Origin: Phormidium sp.
Lineage (GTDB): Bacteria > Cyanobacteriota > Cyanobacteriia > Cyanobacteriales > Aerosakkonemataceae
Direction of reading: 5' to 3'
DNA length: 64,000 bases
NCBI GenBank assembly: GCA_051013385.1
Contig: CP143273.1
Span: forward strand, 1,664,001 to 1,728,000
Of this stretch, positions 9,373 through 18,834 are shown one piece after another. Numbering within the stretch: position 1 is the stretch's first letter; each line of letters starts with the position of its first letter. Position numbers and translations under genes: made by a program. The notes below the pieces were generated by a model. That model made no database searches. It was not told the DNA's origin and worked only from the letters and a program-made list of their open reading frames with translations.

Positions 9373-10542
9373 TTAACGGAGTTGGCTCAAAAGTAAAGTT
9401 CCGGGTACTGCTTTTTTAATCCAATTTGTCACTAGAATTTGGTCAGATGTAAAAGTTTCTAATTCTTCGCCGTTTATGTTACGAAAGACAGTTTCAGGCG
9501 GGATTTTAATCTCTTCACCTGTGGGCATAATCATGTTTTGAATTTGGGACACATCGAAAGGGCGGAGAGTTTGAAAAACTACATATTTGCCGCTTTCTCC
9601 GGTTAACACTTCGGCTAAACAATTTTGATTTCGGTAATCTGCTACTTTCGATTTCATTCTGGGGAAAAGTGCCGTAGTCCGATTTGCTTTAAAAAATGGG
9701 GCGCGAGTTTCTCTAAACCAATTTAATCGTAAAGTTGCCGGATTTTCGATAATTTTGCGGCAAATATTATCGATATCAACTGCGACATCGCCATTTTTTT
9801 CTAAATGTCTTAAGTCTAATCTTACTGTATGTAATCCTGCTGATTCCAATCCCTCCAATTTATCCAAAATAAACTGGTCTTTGTCCAAAAACATGAAAGT
9901 TCCATGTATAGTTTCTAATGTGGGAAAATGCCGATTCGGTGCATCTTCAAAAGCAGCAGTAGCTTCTAAATAAAGCGTTGAATTTAAATCTTCCTCCACT
10001 GCTAAAGGTTCAGCTAGTAGCGATCGCGGCGAGTAAAATAGTAAAATTTGCCCAACACCTAGTAATTCGCAAGCTACAGGAAGTTTTTGGCAATATTCCA
10101 TTAGCTTTTCTTCGGGGAGTTCGATCGACAATATCAATCTCTCCAAACTTTCACCAAAAATTTCGCACCACCCAAGCAAAGATTCAAAGTTATGATTCCC
10201 CGTTTCTACAATTAACTGTAACGGAATTTTTGGAAAGTGAATTTTCAACCAATAAGCAACACCCGGATCGCCAACGCGAATCGCTGCAAATTGACTCAAA
10301 TCCCAACTTTTTAACCTTTCACAAACATCATTCATTACCCGTTCTGGCATCAGGATATCCCAAACTAAAACCTGGCGCAATCCTCGTTTTAAAGCTTCTC
10401 CAGCTAAAGTTTTTACCTGATTTTCTGTGAGTTTTCCCTGACGTGCTAATAATATCGGTTCTAATAACACTTCCTGTAAATTAGGAGCATTAACGCACCG
10501 TTCTAAATCGGGAATTGATGAAACAAAAGTATTAAATTGCAT
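9373..10542 (-). CDS. Divergent peptidase-U32-family protein (TrhP1/YrrN-like partner subunit)
   Basis: U32 TIM-barrel remnants (AIRVGDPG, ERLILSIEL, LLFYSPRSLL, ETIHGTFMFLDKD); lacks the four-Cys cluster; overlaps the upstream U32 gene. Confidence 0.65.
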   Translation of the reverse strand: MQFNTFVSSIPDLERCVNAPNLQEVLLEPILLARQGKLTENQVKTLAGEALKRGLRQVLVWDILMPERVMNDVCERLKSWDLSQFAAIRVGDPGVAYWLKIHFPKIPLQLIVETGNHNFESLLGWCEIFGESLERLILSIELPEEKLMEYCQKLPVACELLGVGQILLFYSPRSLLAEPLAVEEDLNSTLYLEATAAFEDAPNRHFPTLETIHGTFMFLDKDQFILDKLEGLESAGLHTVRLDLRHLEKNGDVAVDIDNICRKIIENPATLRLNWFRETRAPFFKANRTTALFPRMKSKVADYRNQNCLAEVLTGESGKYVVFQTLRPFDVSQIQNMIMPTGEEIKIPPETVFRNINGEELETFTSDQILVTNWIKKAVPGTLLLSQLR

Positions 10543-11761
10543 TGGCGACTTCTTTAACTGCTGATTTGAATCGAACTACATTGTATTTGGCAATATTTGC
10601 TGCTTTTGTTGCTGCGGGAAATTTGGGAATTCGTGCAATACTATCTTGGCGCATAAATCTTACGCTTTCACCTGTGATGGAGAAAAGGCGATCGACCTTT
10701 CCCCGAATCGCCTCCCCTTGAAATGGGATAATCTCAATCTCTTCTCCTAATGCTAAAGGTTCCACAAGTTGCAATACAATTTCTTCAGGAGTGGTATCAA
10801 TAACCAAACCTAAATATTCGTAAGTTCCTGTATTTATCCCTGACAATTGTCCGAACACAGAATCTTTCCCTGCTGGCGTTTCTAAAGAACCAGAAAAATA
10901 ATCTCGATTAGGCACAGATTGCAGTTCTCGCGCCGCAACTTGCAACATTTCTGCGTTCAATGTTCCGGCTGCATAAGCATCAATTAATTGGCGATAAACC
11001 TTACAAGTCAAGCCAACATAAAAGGAAGATTTCATCCGCCCTTCGATTTTTAAAGAGCAAATTTGATGTTGAAAAAACTCTCCGATTTGATAGATTCCCC
11101 ACAAATCTCTAGAAGACATGAAACTTACTAAATCGTCCGATTTCTTCTCCTCAGTTTCTAAATGATAAGGTAATCGACAAGATTGAATACAGCCACCGCG
11201 ATTAGAATCTCGACCTGCGGTAAAATTAGAAATAGTGCAATGTCCAGAATAAGCCATACACATGGCACCGTGAGTAAACATTTCTACTTCAATCCCTGAT
11301 TTTTCTCGAATTGCGCCTGCTTCTGCGATCGTCAATTCTCGCCCCACAATTAACCGCTTAACGCCCATTTCTTTCCACAAAAGCCCAGCATAAGAATTGA
11401 GACAATAAGCTTGCGTCGATAAGTGAATATTTAAGTTTGAACTGTTACGAATAGCCCGAATTACACCCAGATCGGAAACAATAACAGCATCGACACCAAT
11501 AGATTCTAAAAATTGACAATATTCGGCTAATCCGACAAAATCAGAATCGTGAAGAAAGGCGTTTAGGGTAACATAAATTTTCGCCTTATGTTGATGAGCA
11601 AATACTACAGCTTGCTCTAATTCATAGTCAGTAAAATTATCAGCACGCGCCCGCAAGCCATAATTTTGCCCACCTAAATATACCGCATCTGCACCATAAG
11701 CAATGGCAACTTTGAGGCGTTCTAAATTTTTGGCTGGGGCTAGGAGTTCAGGTTTCGACAT
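10532..11761 (-). CDS. Peptidase-U32-family Fe-S protein, TrhP/YegQ/YrrO-like tRNA 5-hydroxyuridine synthesis
   Basis: KPELLAPA, GADAVYLGG, IHLSTQ, HGAMCMAYSGHC...NRGGCIQSCR (four Cys), SLKIEGRMKS and a C-terminal beta domain. Confidence 0.88.
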   Translation of the reverse strand: MSKPELLAPAKNLERLKVAIAYGADAVYLGGQNYGLRARADNFTDYELEQAVVFAHQHKAKIYVTLNAFLHDSDFVGLAEYCQFLESIGVDAVIVSDLGVIRAIRNSSNLNIHLSTQAYCLNSYAGLLWKEMGVKRLIVGRELTIAEAGAIREKSGIEVEMFTHGAMCMAYSGHCTISNFTAGRDSNRGGCIQSCRLPYHLETEEKKSDDLVSFMSSRDLWGIYQIGEFFQHQICSLKIEGRMKSSFYVGLTCKVYRQLIDAYAAGTLNAEMLQVAARELQSVPNRDYFSGSLETPAGKDSVFGQLSGINTGTYEYLGLVIDTTPEEIVLQLVEPLALGEEIEIIPFQGEAIRGKVDRLFSITGESVRFMRQDSIARIPKFPAATKAANIAKYNVVRFKSAVKEVANAI

Positions 11762-11924
11762 GGTATTCTTTAAGACGATCGCTCAACTTATCTTGATTTT
11801 ACTTACATTTTCTGGTTATCTGGGGAGAAATCTTCCTTGGGATATGGGAAAATCGAGTTAAATAGAGACAAAATATTGATCTTGAGAGTCAATCTAAAGT
11901 CTAAAATCTTCAATCTGAAATCGA

Positions 11925-12062
11925 ATGACTACAACTTTAACTAGCCAACCTTTATCCTTTGAACAAAGGCTGGATGCTGCACCAGTAACTCGCGTGATGT
12001 GGTTACTTTGGTTACTATCTGCGGGATTAATTGCCTTAGATGGTTTCGATTTTTTTATTATT
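11925..12062 (+). CDS. MFS transporter, exon 1 (46 codons; missing from the ORF track)
   Basis: MTTTLTSQPLSFEQRLDAAPVTRVMWLLWLLSAGLIALDGFDFFII, with the MFS TM1 LDGFD motif, ending exactly at the intron GTGCG. Confidence 0.88.
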
Positions 12063-14484
12063 GTGCGACTCGTTTAACCTAAATGAGTAGAATTACTCAG
12101 GGACGGTTAGCTTGGTTCCAAAAGAACCTTGACAACTTAATGGTCATGTAGGTGAGACAAGTATCCTAGAACGTCAAGCCCTATCGCGCAGAGTACAGCG
12201 CTGAAAGCATCACCCCTATTCTACTGAATAGTAACCAGTAGGGTAAAGCGGGGGGAAACGGCAGACCTCTTAGAACCGTACTAAGCTGACTGCCAAGCAG
12301 GTGTTTATGCGTAACGAAAGTGAAGGTGCGATTGAACCATCGATTAAGAAAAATGGGCAACGACGGTTAGATAGCCCAAGCCAAAAGGCAAGGATAAGGG
12401 ATTGGCGATTAATTTTTCGACCAATCTGTACTCCCAAACAAACCCGGTGGACAGCACCACGCTAACAACACGAACAATGACCATTAGGAACGAAGTAACC
12501 CCTATACATCTCTGAGGAGGTCGATACCTCAGAAGGTGCTAACCGGATGATGTATAAGGGCGGGATTGAGTCAGAAGCAAATGCTCTGGGTAATGCCAGA
12601 GATAGGCTGACAGACTCACAGTAATCCAAAAGATAAAGGTACAAGTAGCAATGAATAAGGCTAAAACGGAAACTGAATTTACCGTGGCATGGGACAACGA
12701 TATCCCCGTCTGTAAAGGTGTCAAACCCGCTATAAAAATGTGGCGAGAAATAGACTGGAAACAGGCGGAAAAGGTTGTATTTAAGTTGCAAAAGCGCATT
12801 TATCGAGCGAGTAACTGTGGTGATGTCAAAACAGTGCGAAGACTCCAGAAGACCCTGATTAGGTCTTGGTATGCAAGATTGCTGGCAACAAGAAAGGTCA
12901 CTCAGGACAACAAAGGTAAGAGGACGGCAGGAGTGGACGGGGAAAAATCCCTGACCCCGGCAGCACGTCTAGCACTAGCCAAGAGACTGAGATTAACCGG
13001 AAAATCCAAACCCACGCGGAGGGTCTGGATACCGAAACCGGGAACAGAAGAGAAAAGACCTTTAGGAATACCAACAATGTACGACCGCGCATTGCAAGCG
13101 CTAGTAAAACTAGCACTGGAACCAGAATGGGAAGCTCGATTTGAAGAGAACTCTTATGGATTCCGACCAGGGCGCTCATGTCACGATGCAATAGAAGCAA
13201 TATTCAATGCCGTCCGGTCAAAGTCTAAATATGTACTCGACGCAGATATTGCCAAATGCTTCGACAAGATTAACCAAGATAAGCTACTGGACAAGATTAG
13301 AACATACCCCACCTTAAGACAACAGCTTAGAGCGTGGCTTAAGGCGGGGGTACTGGATGGGAAACATCTGTTCCCCACCTTGGAGGGTACACCACAAGGG
13401 GGAATAATATCACCTCTACTGGCAAATATAGCCCTTCATGGAATGGAAAACAGGATAAAGCAATTTGCCGATACCTGGAAAGGCTCGAACAAGCGAGATA
13501 ATCGCCGAAGCATAAGCCTAATCCGTTACGCAGATGACTTCGTGATTCTGCACCATGACTTAGCCATCGTCCAGAAAGCCAAAGAAATAATCGAAGATTG
13601 GTTAAAAGACATGGGTCTAGAGCTTAAAGCCAGTAAAACCCGAATAACGCACACTTTTCATAGATATGAAGGTAACGTTGGGTTTGATTTCTTGGGATTC
13701 CATATTAGACAGCACGCAGTAGGGTCATACCGAAGCGCCAATAACCCCCACGGAATCAAGTTAGGATTTAAGACGCTAATCACCCCAAGCAAAGAATCTC
13801 AAAAGAACCATCAAAGAATCTTAGACGATATAGTAGACACCCACAAGAACGCACCTCAAAGTGCATTGATTAAGGAGTTAAACCCAGTCATCAGAGGGTG
13901 GGCAAACTACTATATGAACGTGGTAAGTAAGGAAATCTTTAGCAAAATGAACCACCTGCTTTACCTCAAACTAAGAAGATGGGCAAAGAGAAAAGGGAAA
14001 GGCACCATGAATAAAAATAAGTACTGGAGAGAAGGATGGTGCTTTAAAACTGAGGACGGATTTGAACTGGCAAACTACGCCAAAGTGAAAATAGAAAGAC
14101 ACATAAAAGTTCAAAACGACCGAAGCCCTTATGACGGAGATTGGGCGTATTGGGTTGAGAGAATGACAAACTACCCTGAAACACCGACAAGAGTAGCAAG
14201 ACTACTCAAAGTACAAAAGGGGAAATGTTCGCACTGTGGTTTGTATTTTCAGAGTACAGACCTTGTAGAAGTTGACCACATAAAACCAAGAATCGAAGGT
14301 GGAAAAGACACATACGAAAATCTACAACTTCTGCATAGACACTGCCACCAAGTAAAATCTGCAATCGAGCGGAAAACTCGTATCAATGACAACGATTGGA
14401 TTATTGAGGAGCCGGATGAAGCGAAAGTTTCACGTCCGGTTTTGTAGGAGAGGTAGGGGTAGTGATGCCCCTATCGACTCTAAC
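12063..14484 (+). mobile_element. Group II intron (probably IIB / chloroplast-like class), 2422 nt
   Basis: 5' GTGCG at 12063; domain V GAGCCGGATGAAGCGAAAGTTTCACGTCCGGTTT (14409-14442); domain VI hairpin; 3' ...CTAAC at 14484. Removing it restores the MFS reading frame. Confidence 0.93.
12651..14447 (+). CDS. ltrA: Group II intron-encoded reverse transcriptase/maturase with HNH endonuclease
   Basis: RT0 (NKGKRTAGVDG), RPLGIPT, SYGFRPGRS, GTPQGG, YADD, maturase X (LNPVIRGWANYY), CSHC and EVDHI...NLQLLHRHCH HNH. Confidence 0.96.
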   Translation: MNKAKTETEFTVAWDNDIPVCKGVKPAIKMWREIDWKQAEKVVFKLQKRIYRASNCGDVKTVRRLQKTLIRSWYARLLATRKVTQDNKGKRTAGVDGEKSLTPAARLALAKRLRLTGKSKPTRRVWIPKPGTEEKRPLGIPTMYDRALQALVKLALEPEWEARFEENSYGFRPGRSCHDAIEAIFNAVRSKSKYVLDADIAKCFDKINQDKLLDKIRTYPTLRQQLRAWLKAGVLDGKHLFPTLEGTPQGGIISPLLANIALHGMENRIKQFADTWKGSNKRDNRRSISLIRYADDFVILHHDLAIVQKAKEIIEDWLKDMGLELKASKTRITHTFHRYEGNVGFDFLGFHIRQHAVGSYRSANNPHGIKLGFKTLITPSKESQKNHQRILDDIVDTHKNAPQSALIKELNPVIRGWANYYMNVVSKEIFSKMNHLLYLKLRRWAKRKGKGTMNKNKYWREGWCFKTEDGFELANYAKVKIERHIKVQNDRSPYDGDWAYWVERMTNYPETPTRVARLLKVQKGKCSHCGLYFQSTDLVEVDHIKPRIEGGKDTYENLQLLHRHCHQVKSAIERKTRINDNDWIIEEPDEAKVSRPVL

Positions 14485-15780
14485 GGTATCGCCTTACCAT
14501 TTCTTAAGCAAGACTTTAATTTAGGTTCGACGCAAGTTGGCGCTGTGGCGGTAGCTGCGATCGCAGGATCGCTAGTAGGAGCATTAACTTTAGGCCCAAT
14601 TACTGATAAAATTGGTCGCCAGTTAATGTTAATTATTGATATTGCAATTTTTGTGATTGCCACTGCTGGAACAGCATTTGCTTGGGATGCTACTTCACTA
14701 ATTATATTTCGTTTTTTGGTGGGCATTGGTATTGGTGCAGATTATCCAATTAGTGTTGCTTATATTACTGAAAACGTTCCTTCTCGACTACGAGGAAGAA
14801 TGGTAATTGGTGCTTTTAGTTTTCAAGCAGTTGGGGCACTTTTGGGCGCTGTAACTGGATTGATTACAATTCATGTGTTTCAAATAATTTATCCAGATTC
14901 CCTATTACCGACAATTCAATATGCGTGGCGTTGGATGTTAGGAGTGGGGTTAATATTAGCAATTATTGTGGCGATTTTGCGGTTTAGTTTCTTGTTAGAA
15001 AGTCCCCGTTATTACATTGCTAGGGGCGAATATCAAGAAGCTTCTGAGGCGGCAACTACTTTATTAAATGAACCGATCGCAATTACAAAAGAAACCGATC
15101 CACCAGCAAAAGAATCGACTCTTTCTTACAGTTCCTTATTTTCTCCTCAATTCCTTCGCAGCACAATTTTAGCTTCGGTTCCTTGGTTTTTGCAAGATAT
15201 TGCAACTTACGGAATTGGCATTTTTACCCCGACAATTATTGGGGTTTTAGCTTTTGAAAATGCTACCAGTTTTATTGAACGAGAAATCGCTTCAGCCAGA
15301 GGTTCTGCTTTTGTCGATCTGTTTTTAATTGCAGGTTTTTTGATTGCCGTATTTTTGATTGAAAAAGTAGGAAGAATTCGCTTACAAATTATTGGCTTTT
15401 GTGGCATGGCTGTGGGGCTTTTGGTGTTAGCAGCTTCTAATTTTCTCAACTCAAATAGTTTTTTGGATATAGCGATCGTCTTTCTCGGTTTTCTAATCTT
15501 TAATTTAACCATGAATGCAGGGCCAAATTCCACAACTTTTCTATTATCAGGAGAAGTTTTTCCCACTTCAATTCGCGCCAGTGGTGCTGGTTTTGCTGCC
15601 GCTTTCGCCAAAGCAGGAGCCGTTTTAGGTACTTTCGCTTTACCAATTTTACAAAAATCAATAGGAATCTCCATCTTGCTGTTTTTGTTGGCTATCTTTT
15701 GCCTATTAGCAGCAATAATTACCTATATGTTTCAAGTTGAAACTACTGGGAAATCACTGGAAGCAGTGAATCGATTTTAG
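14485..15780 (+). CDS. MFS transporter, exon 2 (spliced product about 477 aa, sugar/phosphate porter-like)
   Basis: GIALPFL..., GPITDKIGR, RFLVGIGIGADYP, ENVPSRLRG, ESPRY, EVFPTSIRASG, ETTGKSLE. The ORF-track start at 14386 reads intron sequence. Confidence 0.9.
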   Translation, partial: GIALPFLKQDFNLGSTQVGAVAVAAIAGSLVGALTLGPITDKIGRQLMLIIDIAIFVIATAGTAFAWDATSLIIFRFLVGIGIGADYPISVAYITENVPSRLRGRMVIGAFSFQAVGALLGAVTGLITIHVFQIIYPDSLLPTIQYAWRWMLGVGLILAIIVAILRFSFLLESPRYYIARGEYQEASEAATTLLNEPIAITKETDPPAKESTLSYSSLFSPQFLRSTILASVPWFLQDIATYGIGIFTPTIIGVLAFENATSFIEREIASARGSAFVDLFLIAGFLIAVFLIEKVGRIRLQIIGFCGMAVGLLVLAASNFLNSNSFLDIAIVFLGFLIFNLTMNAGPNSTTFLLSGEVFPTSIRASGAGFAAAFAKAGAVLGTFALPILQKSIGISILLFLLAIFCLLAAIITYMFQVETTGKSLEAVNRF

Positions 15781-15794
15781 ATTTTAAGCTACTC

Positions 15795-15827
15795 AGATCC
15801 CCGACTTCTTAAAGAAGTCGGGGATCT
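15795..15827. repeat. 33-bp palindrome AGATCCCCGACTTCTT-N-AAGAAGTCGGGGATCT (repeat family; may act as terminator)
   Basis: Perfect 16-bp arms; second copy at 33337-33369. Confidence 0.8.
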
Positions 15828-15848
15828 AGATTCAGTTATACTTGAAAT

Positions 15849-16295
15849 ATGCGAGTAATTCAGCGCACTTTTACCTCACTAACTCTGCGGGAACGCCCTA
15901 TTACCATTTGGGTTTTGAGCAGTTTTACCGCAACAATTGGACTGCTAATTTTTCTATCTTTTCATCCCCCTGTTGATTGGTTTGGATTCTTTTGCATCAT
16001 TTGTGCTAACTTTATGATGTTTGGTAGCCCGGAAAAGATTTGTTTATTTCATAAGTCGGACAATCGAGTTATTTTTAAACAAAAAGGATGGCTAGGAATC
16101 CAACATAGCTATTTTCCCATTACTAAAATTTCTTTAGTAGAAGTTGAACCCTTAAAATTATTTGGAATTCAGTTTTACAGATTAACTTTAAATTTATTTT
16201 CAGGAGAAAGGTTCTATTTAACTCCTATTCCCAGTACCGACAATCAACTATTAAACAATTTAGCTGACTCGATTCAAGAATTTATTAGGTATTGA
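15849..16295 (+). CDS. Hypothetical membrane protein (two TM helices plus soluble domain)
   Basis: ORF track; hydrophobic N-terminal pair of helices. Confidence 0.65.
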   Translation: MRVIQRTFTSLTLRERPITIWVLSSFTATIGLLIFLSFHPPVDWFGFFCIICANFMMFGSPEKICLFHKSDNRVIFKQKGWLGIQHSYFPITKISLVEVEPLKLFGIQFYRLTLNLFSGERFYLTPIPSTDNQLLNNLADSIQEFIRY

Positions 16296-16350
16296 AGAGA
16301 GAATAAATTAAACTATTAATTGGGAAACTAGTTTACATTAAAAATTCGCA

Positions 16351-16926
16351 ATGGGTGAAATTTTTTTCCTTTCTTTGATTTCGTTGCTGCTGTTTTTTGG
16401 GCCTGCGTTAGCTGCGATCGCAATTCGCCGTTCTCTATCAATTCCTTGGCAATTAGTTCTGCTACTCATTTGCATTTTGTACGCAGCTTTACCCATACTA
16501 ATAGCTTTAACCGGAGTGGATTTAGCAGAACGCAATGGTTGTACAGTAGATATTACCATCTATAAATGTCCGGGAAATCCCTCTTTAGGGGAAAGAATTA
16601 CACTAATGACTTTTGCTCATTGGCTGGCAATTATTACTATTCCCTCTGGGATTTTAGGTGCGATCGGAATACTGATTTATTCCACAATAAGATCTGCTAA
16701 ATTGCGAAAAGGAGAACAAACAACGGCAGCACCTTTTGCGATTTTTTACCGGAGTCGTCGTCATAAAGTAATAGCCGGAATTTGTAGTGCGATCGCCCAA
16801 AAAACCAATTTACCACTGTTAGCAGTAAGAATCGCTACCGTAATTTTAGCAATTGTTGCCCCTGGATTTGGCGCACCGTTATATATTTGGTTGTGGTTAG
16901 CTTTTCCCTTGGAATCAAACTCATGA
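16351..16926 (+). CDS. Membrane protein with C-terminal PspC domain
   Basis: C-terminal FYRSRRHKVIAGICSAIAQ...VRI...LYIWLWLAFP matches the PspC pattern. Confidence 0.8.
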   Translation: MGEIFFLSLISLLLFFGPALAAIAIRRSLSIPWQLVLLLICILYAALPILIALTGVDLAERNGCTVDITIYKCPGNPSLGERITLMTFAHWLAIITIPSGILGAIGILIYSTIRSAKLRKGEQTTAAPFAIFYRSRRHKVIAGICSAIAQKTNLPLLAVRIATVILAIVAPGFGAPLYIWLWLAFPLESNS

Positions 16927-17681
16927 AAGAAGAAATTTATCCTACCGAACTTTATCTTAGCCCTGAAAAAGATGAACTGTTTCAAAAAGAACCTTGGCCC
17001 AAACCTTTTGTTTTTAACGAGGATGTAGTCAAGGTTTTTGATAACATGATTTCTCGCTCAGTTCCTCTCTATCGAGAAGTTTTAGCCTGTGCTGCTCATT
17101 GGACTAAAGCTTACTACCAACCAGGAACTAAAATTATTGATATTGGCTGTTCTACAGGCACATTTTTAGAATTAATCGGGCGATTTTTACAGCAACCAGC
17201 TACATTAGTCGGGATTGATAATTCGCAACCAATGTTAGAAAAAGCTAGGGAAAAGTTGCTTCCAATTCAAGAAATACATCAAGTTGAATTAATTTGTAAT
17301 AGTGCGGAAAACTGCTCTTTTGAAAATAGCAGCGTGGTAATTATTAATTACACTTTACAGTTTTTACCTTTACAGGTGCGGCAAAAGTTACTGAAATCAA
17401 TCTATCAAGGTTTAGTTCCGGGTGGTTTGTTATTTTTGAGTGAAAAGGTGAAATCACCATTACCGCTATTCCAAGAAACAATTACCCGACATTACGAAGC
17501 TTTTAAGGCGTATAATGGCTATGCTCATACGGAAATTGAACGCAAAAAGGAAGCACTGGAAAATGTTTTAGTACCTTTGACGGAAACTGAGCAATTGCAA
17601 ATGTTAAAAGATAGTGGTTTTCAGCAGGTAGATTCTTTGATTAAACTGCATAATTTTCTTTCGTTGGTAGCACTTAAATAG
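16923..17681 (+). CDS. cmoA: Carboxy-S-adenosyl-L-methionine synthase (probable start 16923, ATGA overlap with the previous stop)
   Basis: F-F-E-V--VFDNMISRSVPLY, DIGCSTG, GIDNSQPM, NYTLQF, LSEKV, FK--NGY---EI--K-EALENVL. Confidence 0.92.
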   Translation: MKEEIYPTELYLSPEKDELFQKEPWPKPFVFNEDVVKVFDNMISRSVPLYREVLACAAHWTKAYYQPGTKIIDIGCSTGTFLELIGRFLQQPATLVGIDNSQPMLEKAREKLLPIQEIHQVELICNSAENCSFENSSVVIINYTLQFLPLQVRQKLLKSIYQGLVPGGLLFLSEKVKSPLPLFQETITRHYEAFKAYNGYAHTEIERKKEALENVLVPLTETEQLQMLKDSGFQQVDSLIKLHNFLSLVALK

Positions 17682-17694
17682 GAACGGGAATTAC

Positions 17695-17797
17695 TAGGAC
17701 TTATGCACAATAAGTCAATAAACCCGGTTTTTCGTTACTACTTTTACGCTGAAATAACGGAATTACGTTAAAAAACCGGGTTTCTGCGTAAGTCCTA
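17695..17797. mobile_element. 103-bp MITE-like element, copy 2
   Basis: TAGGACTTATGCA...TGCGTAAGTCCTA, same family as 1246-1348. Confidence 0.8.
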
Positions 17798-17834
17798 CAA
17801 ATTTCGTTGGTAGCACTAAAATAGGAATTTTTTC

Positions 17835-18818
17835 ATGTTTGATGAGTTTATTGGTTATCTTGCGCCTGATTATTGCGATCGCTATTCCACCCACCTACAA
17901 AAAGAAGCAATTTTAACCCTACGCCAGGAACGCCAAGCGAAATTATTCACCCCGCAAAATCGGCAGTATCAAGCAGCAGTACAAGCGGTTCAAGATATCA
18001 AAAGTAATTGGTTTGACTTTTCTGATTCTGTTGTAAAAATTGGGCGCAAAGATGAACTTTCCCCGGAACAACAACAGCGTTTTTTGCCAACATTAAAAGC
18101 TTTTTGTCCTTGGAAAAAAGGCCCTTTTGAACTCTTTGGGATTAATATAGATGCCGAATGGCGTTCTGATTGGAAATGGGAGCGAATTTTCCCCTATATT
18201 CAATCTTTAGAAAATCGCAAAGTTGCGGATATTGGTTGCCACAATGGTTATTTTATGTTTCGCATGGCAGAACAAAAACCTGATTGTGTAATTGGGTTTG
18301 AACCTGTAGCTAAACACTTTTGGAACTTTCAATTAATGCAGAATATTGTCCAACAAGAAAACCTATTTTTTGAGTTACTTGGTGTTGAACATATAGATTT
18401 TTATCCTGATTTTTTTGATACAATCTTTTGTTTGGGAATTTTATATCATCATCCCGATCCGATCGGTCTTTTAACGAAAATGAAACAAGCCCTAGCACCA
18501 AAGGGAGAAATCATTATAGACTGTCAAGGAATACCCGGAGAATTACCAGTTTCCCTAACTCCTCGGAAGCGTTACGCACAAGCGAGAGGGATTTGGTTTT
18601 TGCCTACACAAAGTTGTTTAGAAAATTGGTTAGCGCGTGCAGGTTTTACGCAGATTAACTGTTTTTTTGCTGCACCTTTATCAGTTGAAGAACAGCGTCG
18701 CACTGCTTGGGCAGATATAGATAGTTTACAGGAATTCCTCAATTCTGATGATGATTCTTTAACAATAGAAGGTTATCCTGCACCTTGGCGTTATTATGTG
18801 ATTGCCAGGAAAGACTAA
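17835..18818 (+). CDS. cmoB: tRNA U34 carboxymethyltransferase
   Basis: PWKKGPFELFG-IDAEWRSDWKW, DIGCHNGY, FDTIFCLGILYH, RYAQ...WFLPT, EEQRRT-W, TIEGYPAP. Confidence 0.93.
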   Translation: MFDEFIGYLAPDYCDRYSTHLQKEAILTLRQERQAKLFTPQNRQYQAAVQAVQDIKSNWFDFSDSVVKIGRKDELSPEQQQRFLPTLKAFCPWKKGPFELFGINIDAEWRSDWKWERIFPYIQSLENRKVADIGCHNGYFMFRMAEQKPDCVIGFEPVAKHFWNFQLMQNIVQQENLFFELLGVEHIDFYPDFFDTIFCLGILYHHPDPIGLLTKMKQALAPKGEIIIDCQGIPGELPVSLTPRKRYAQARGIWFLPTQSCLENWLARAGFTQINCFFAAPLSVEEQRRTAWADIDSLQEFLNSDDDSLTIEGYPAPWRYYVIARKD

Positions 18819-18834
18819 TCTGATAAAATTTTTC

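Noticed and set aside
12651..14447. Retron, DGR or defence-associated reverse transcriptase
   Set aside because: Maturase and HNH domains, domain V/VI RNA and exact exon boundaries identify a standard group II intron.
14386..14484. ORF-track N-terminus of the MFS protein
   Set aside because: These codons are intron domains V-VI; the real N-terminus is exon 1 at 11925-12062.
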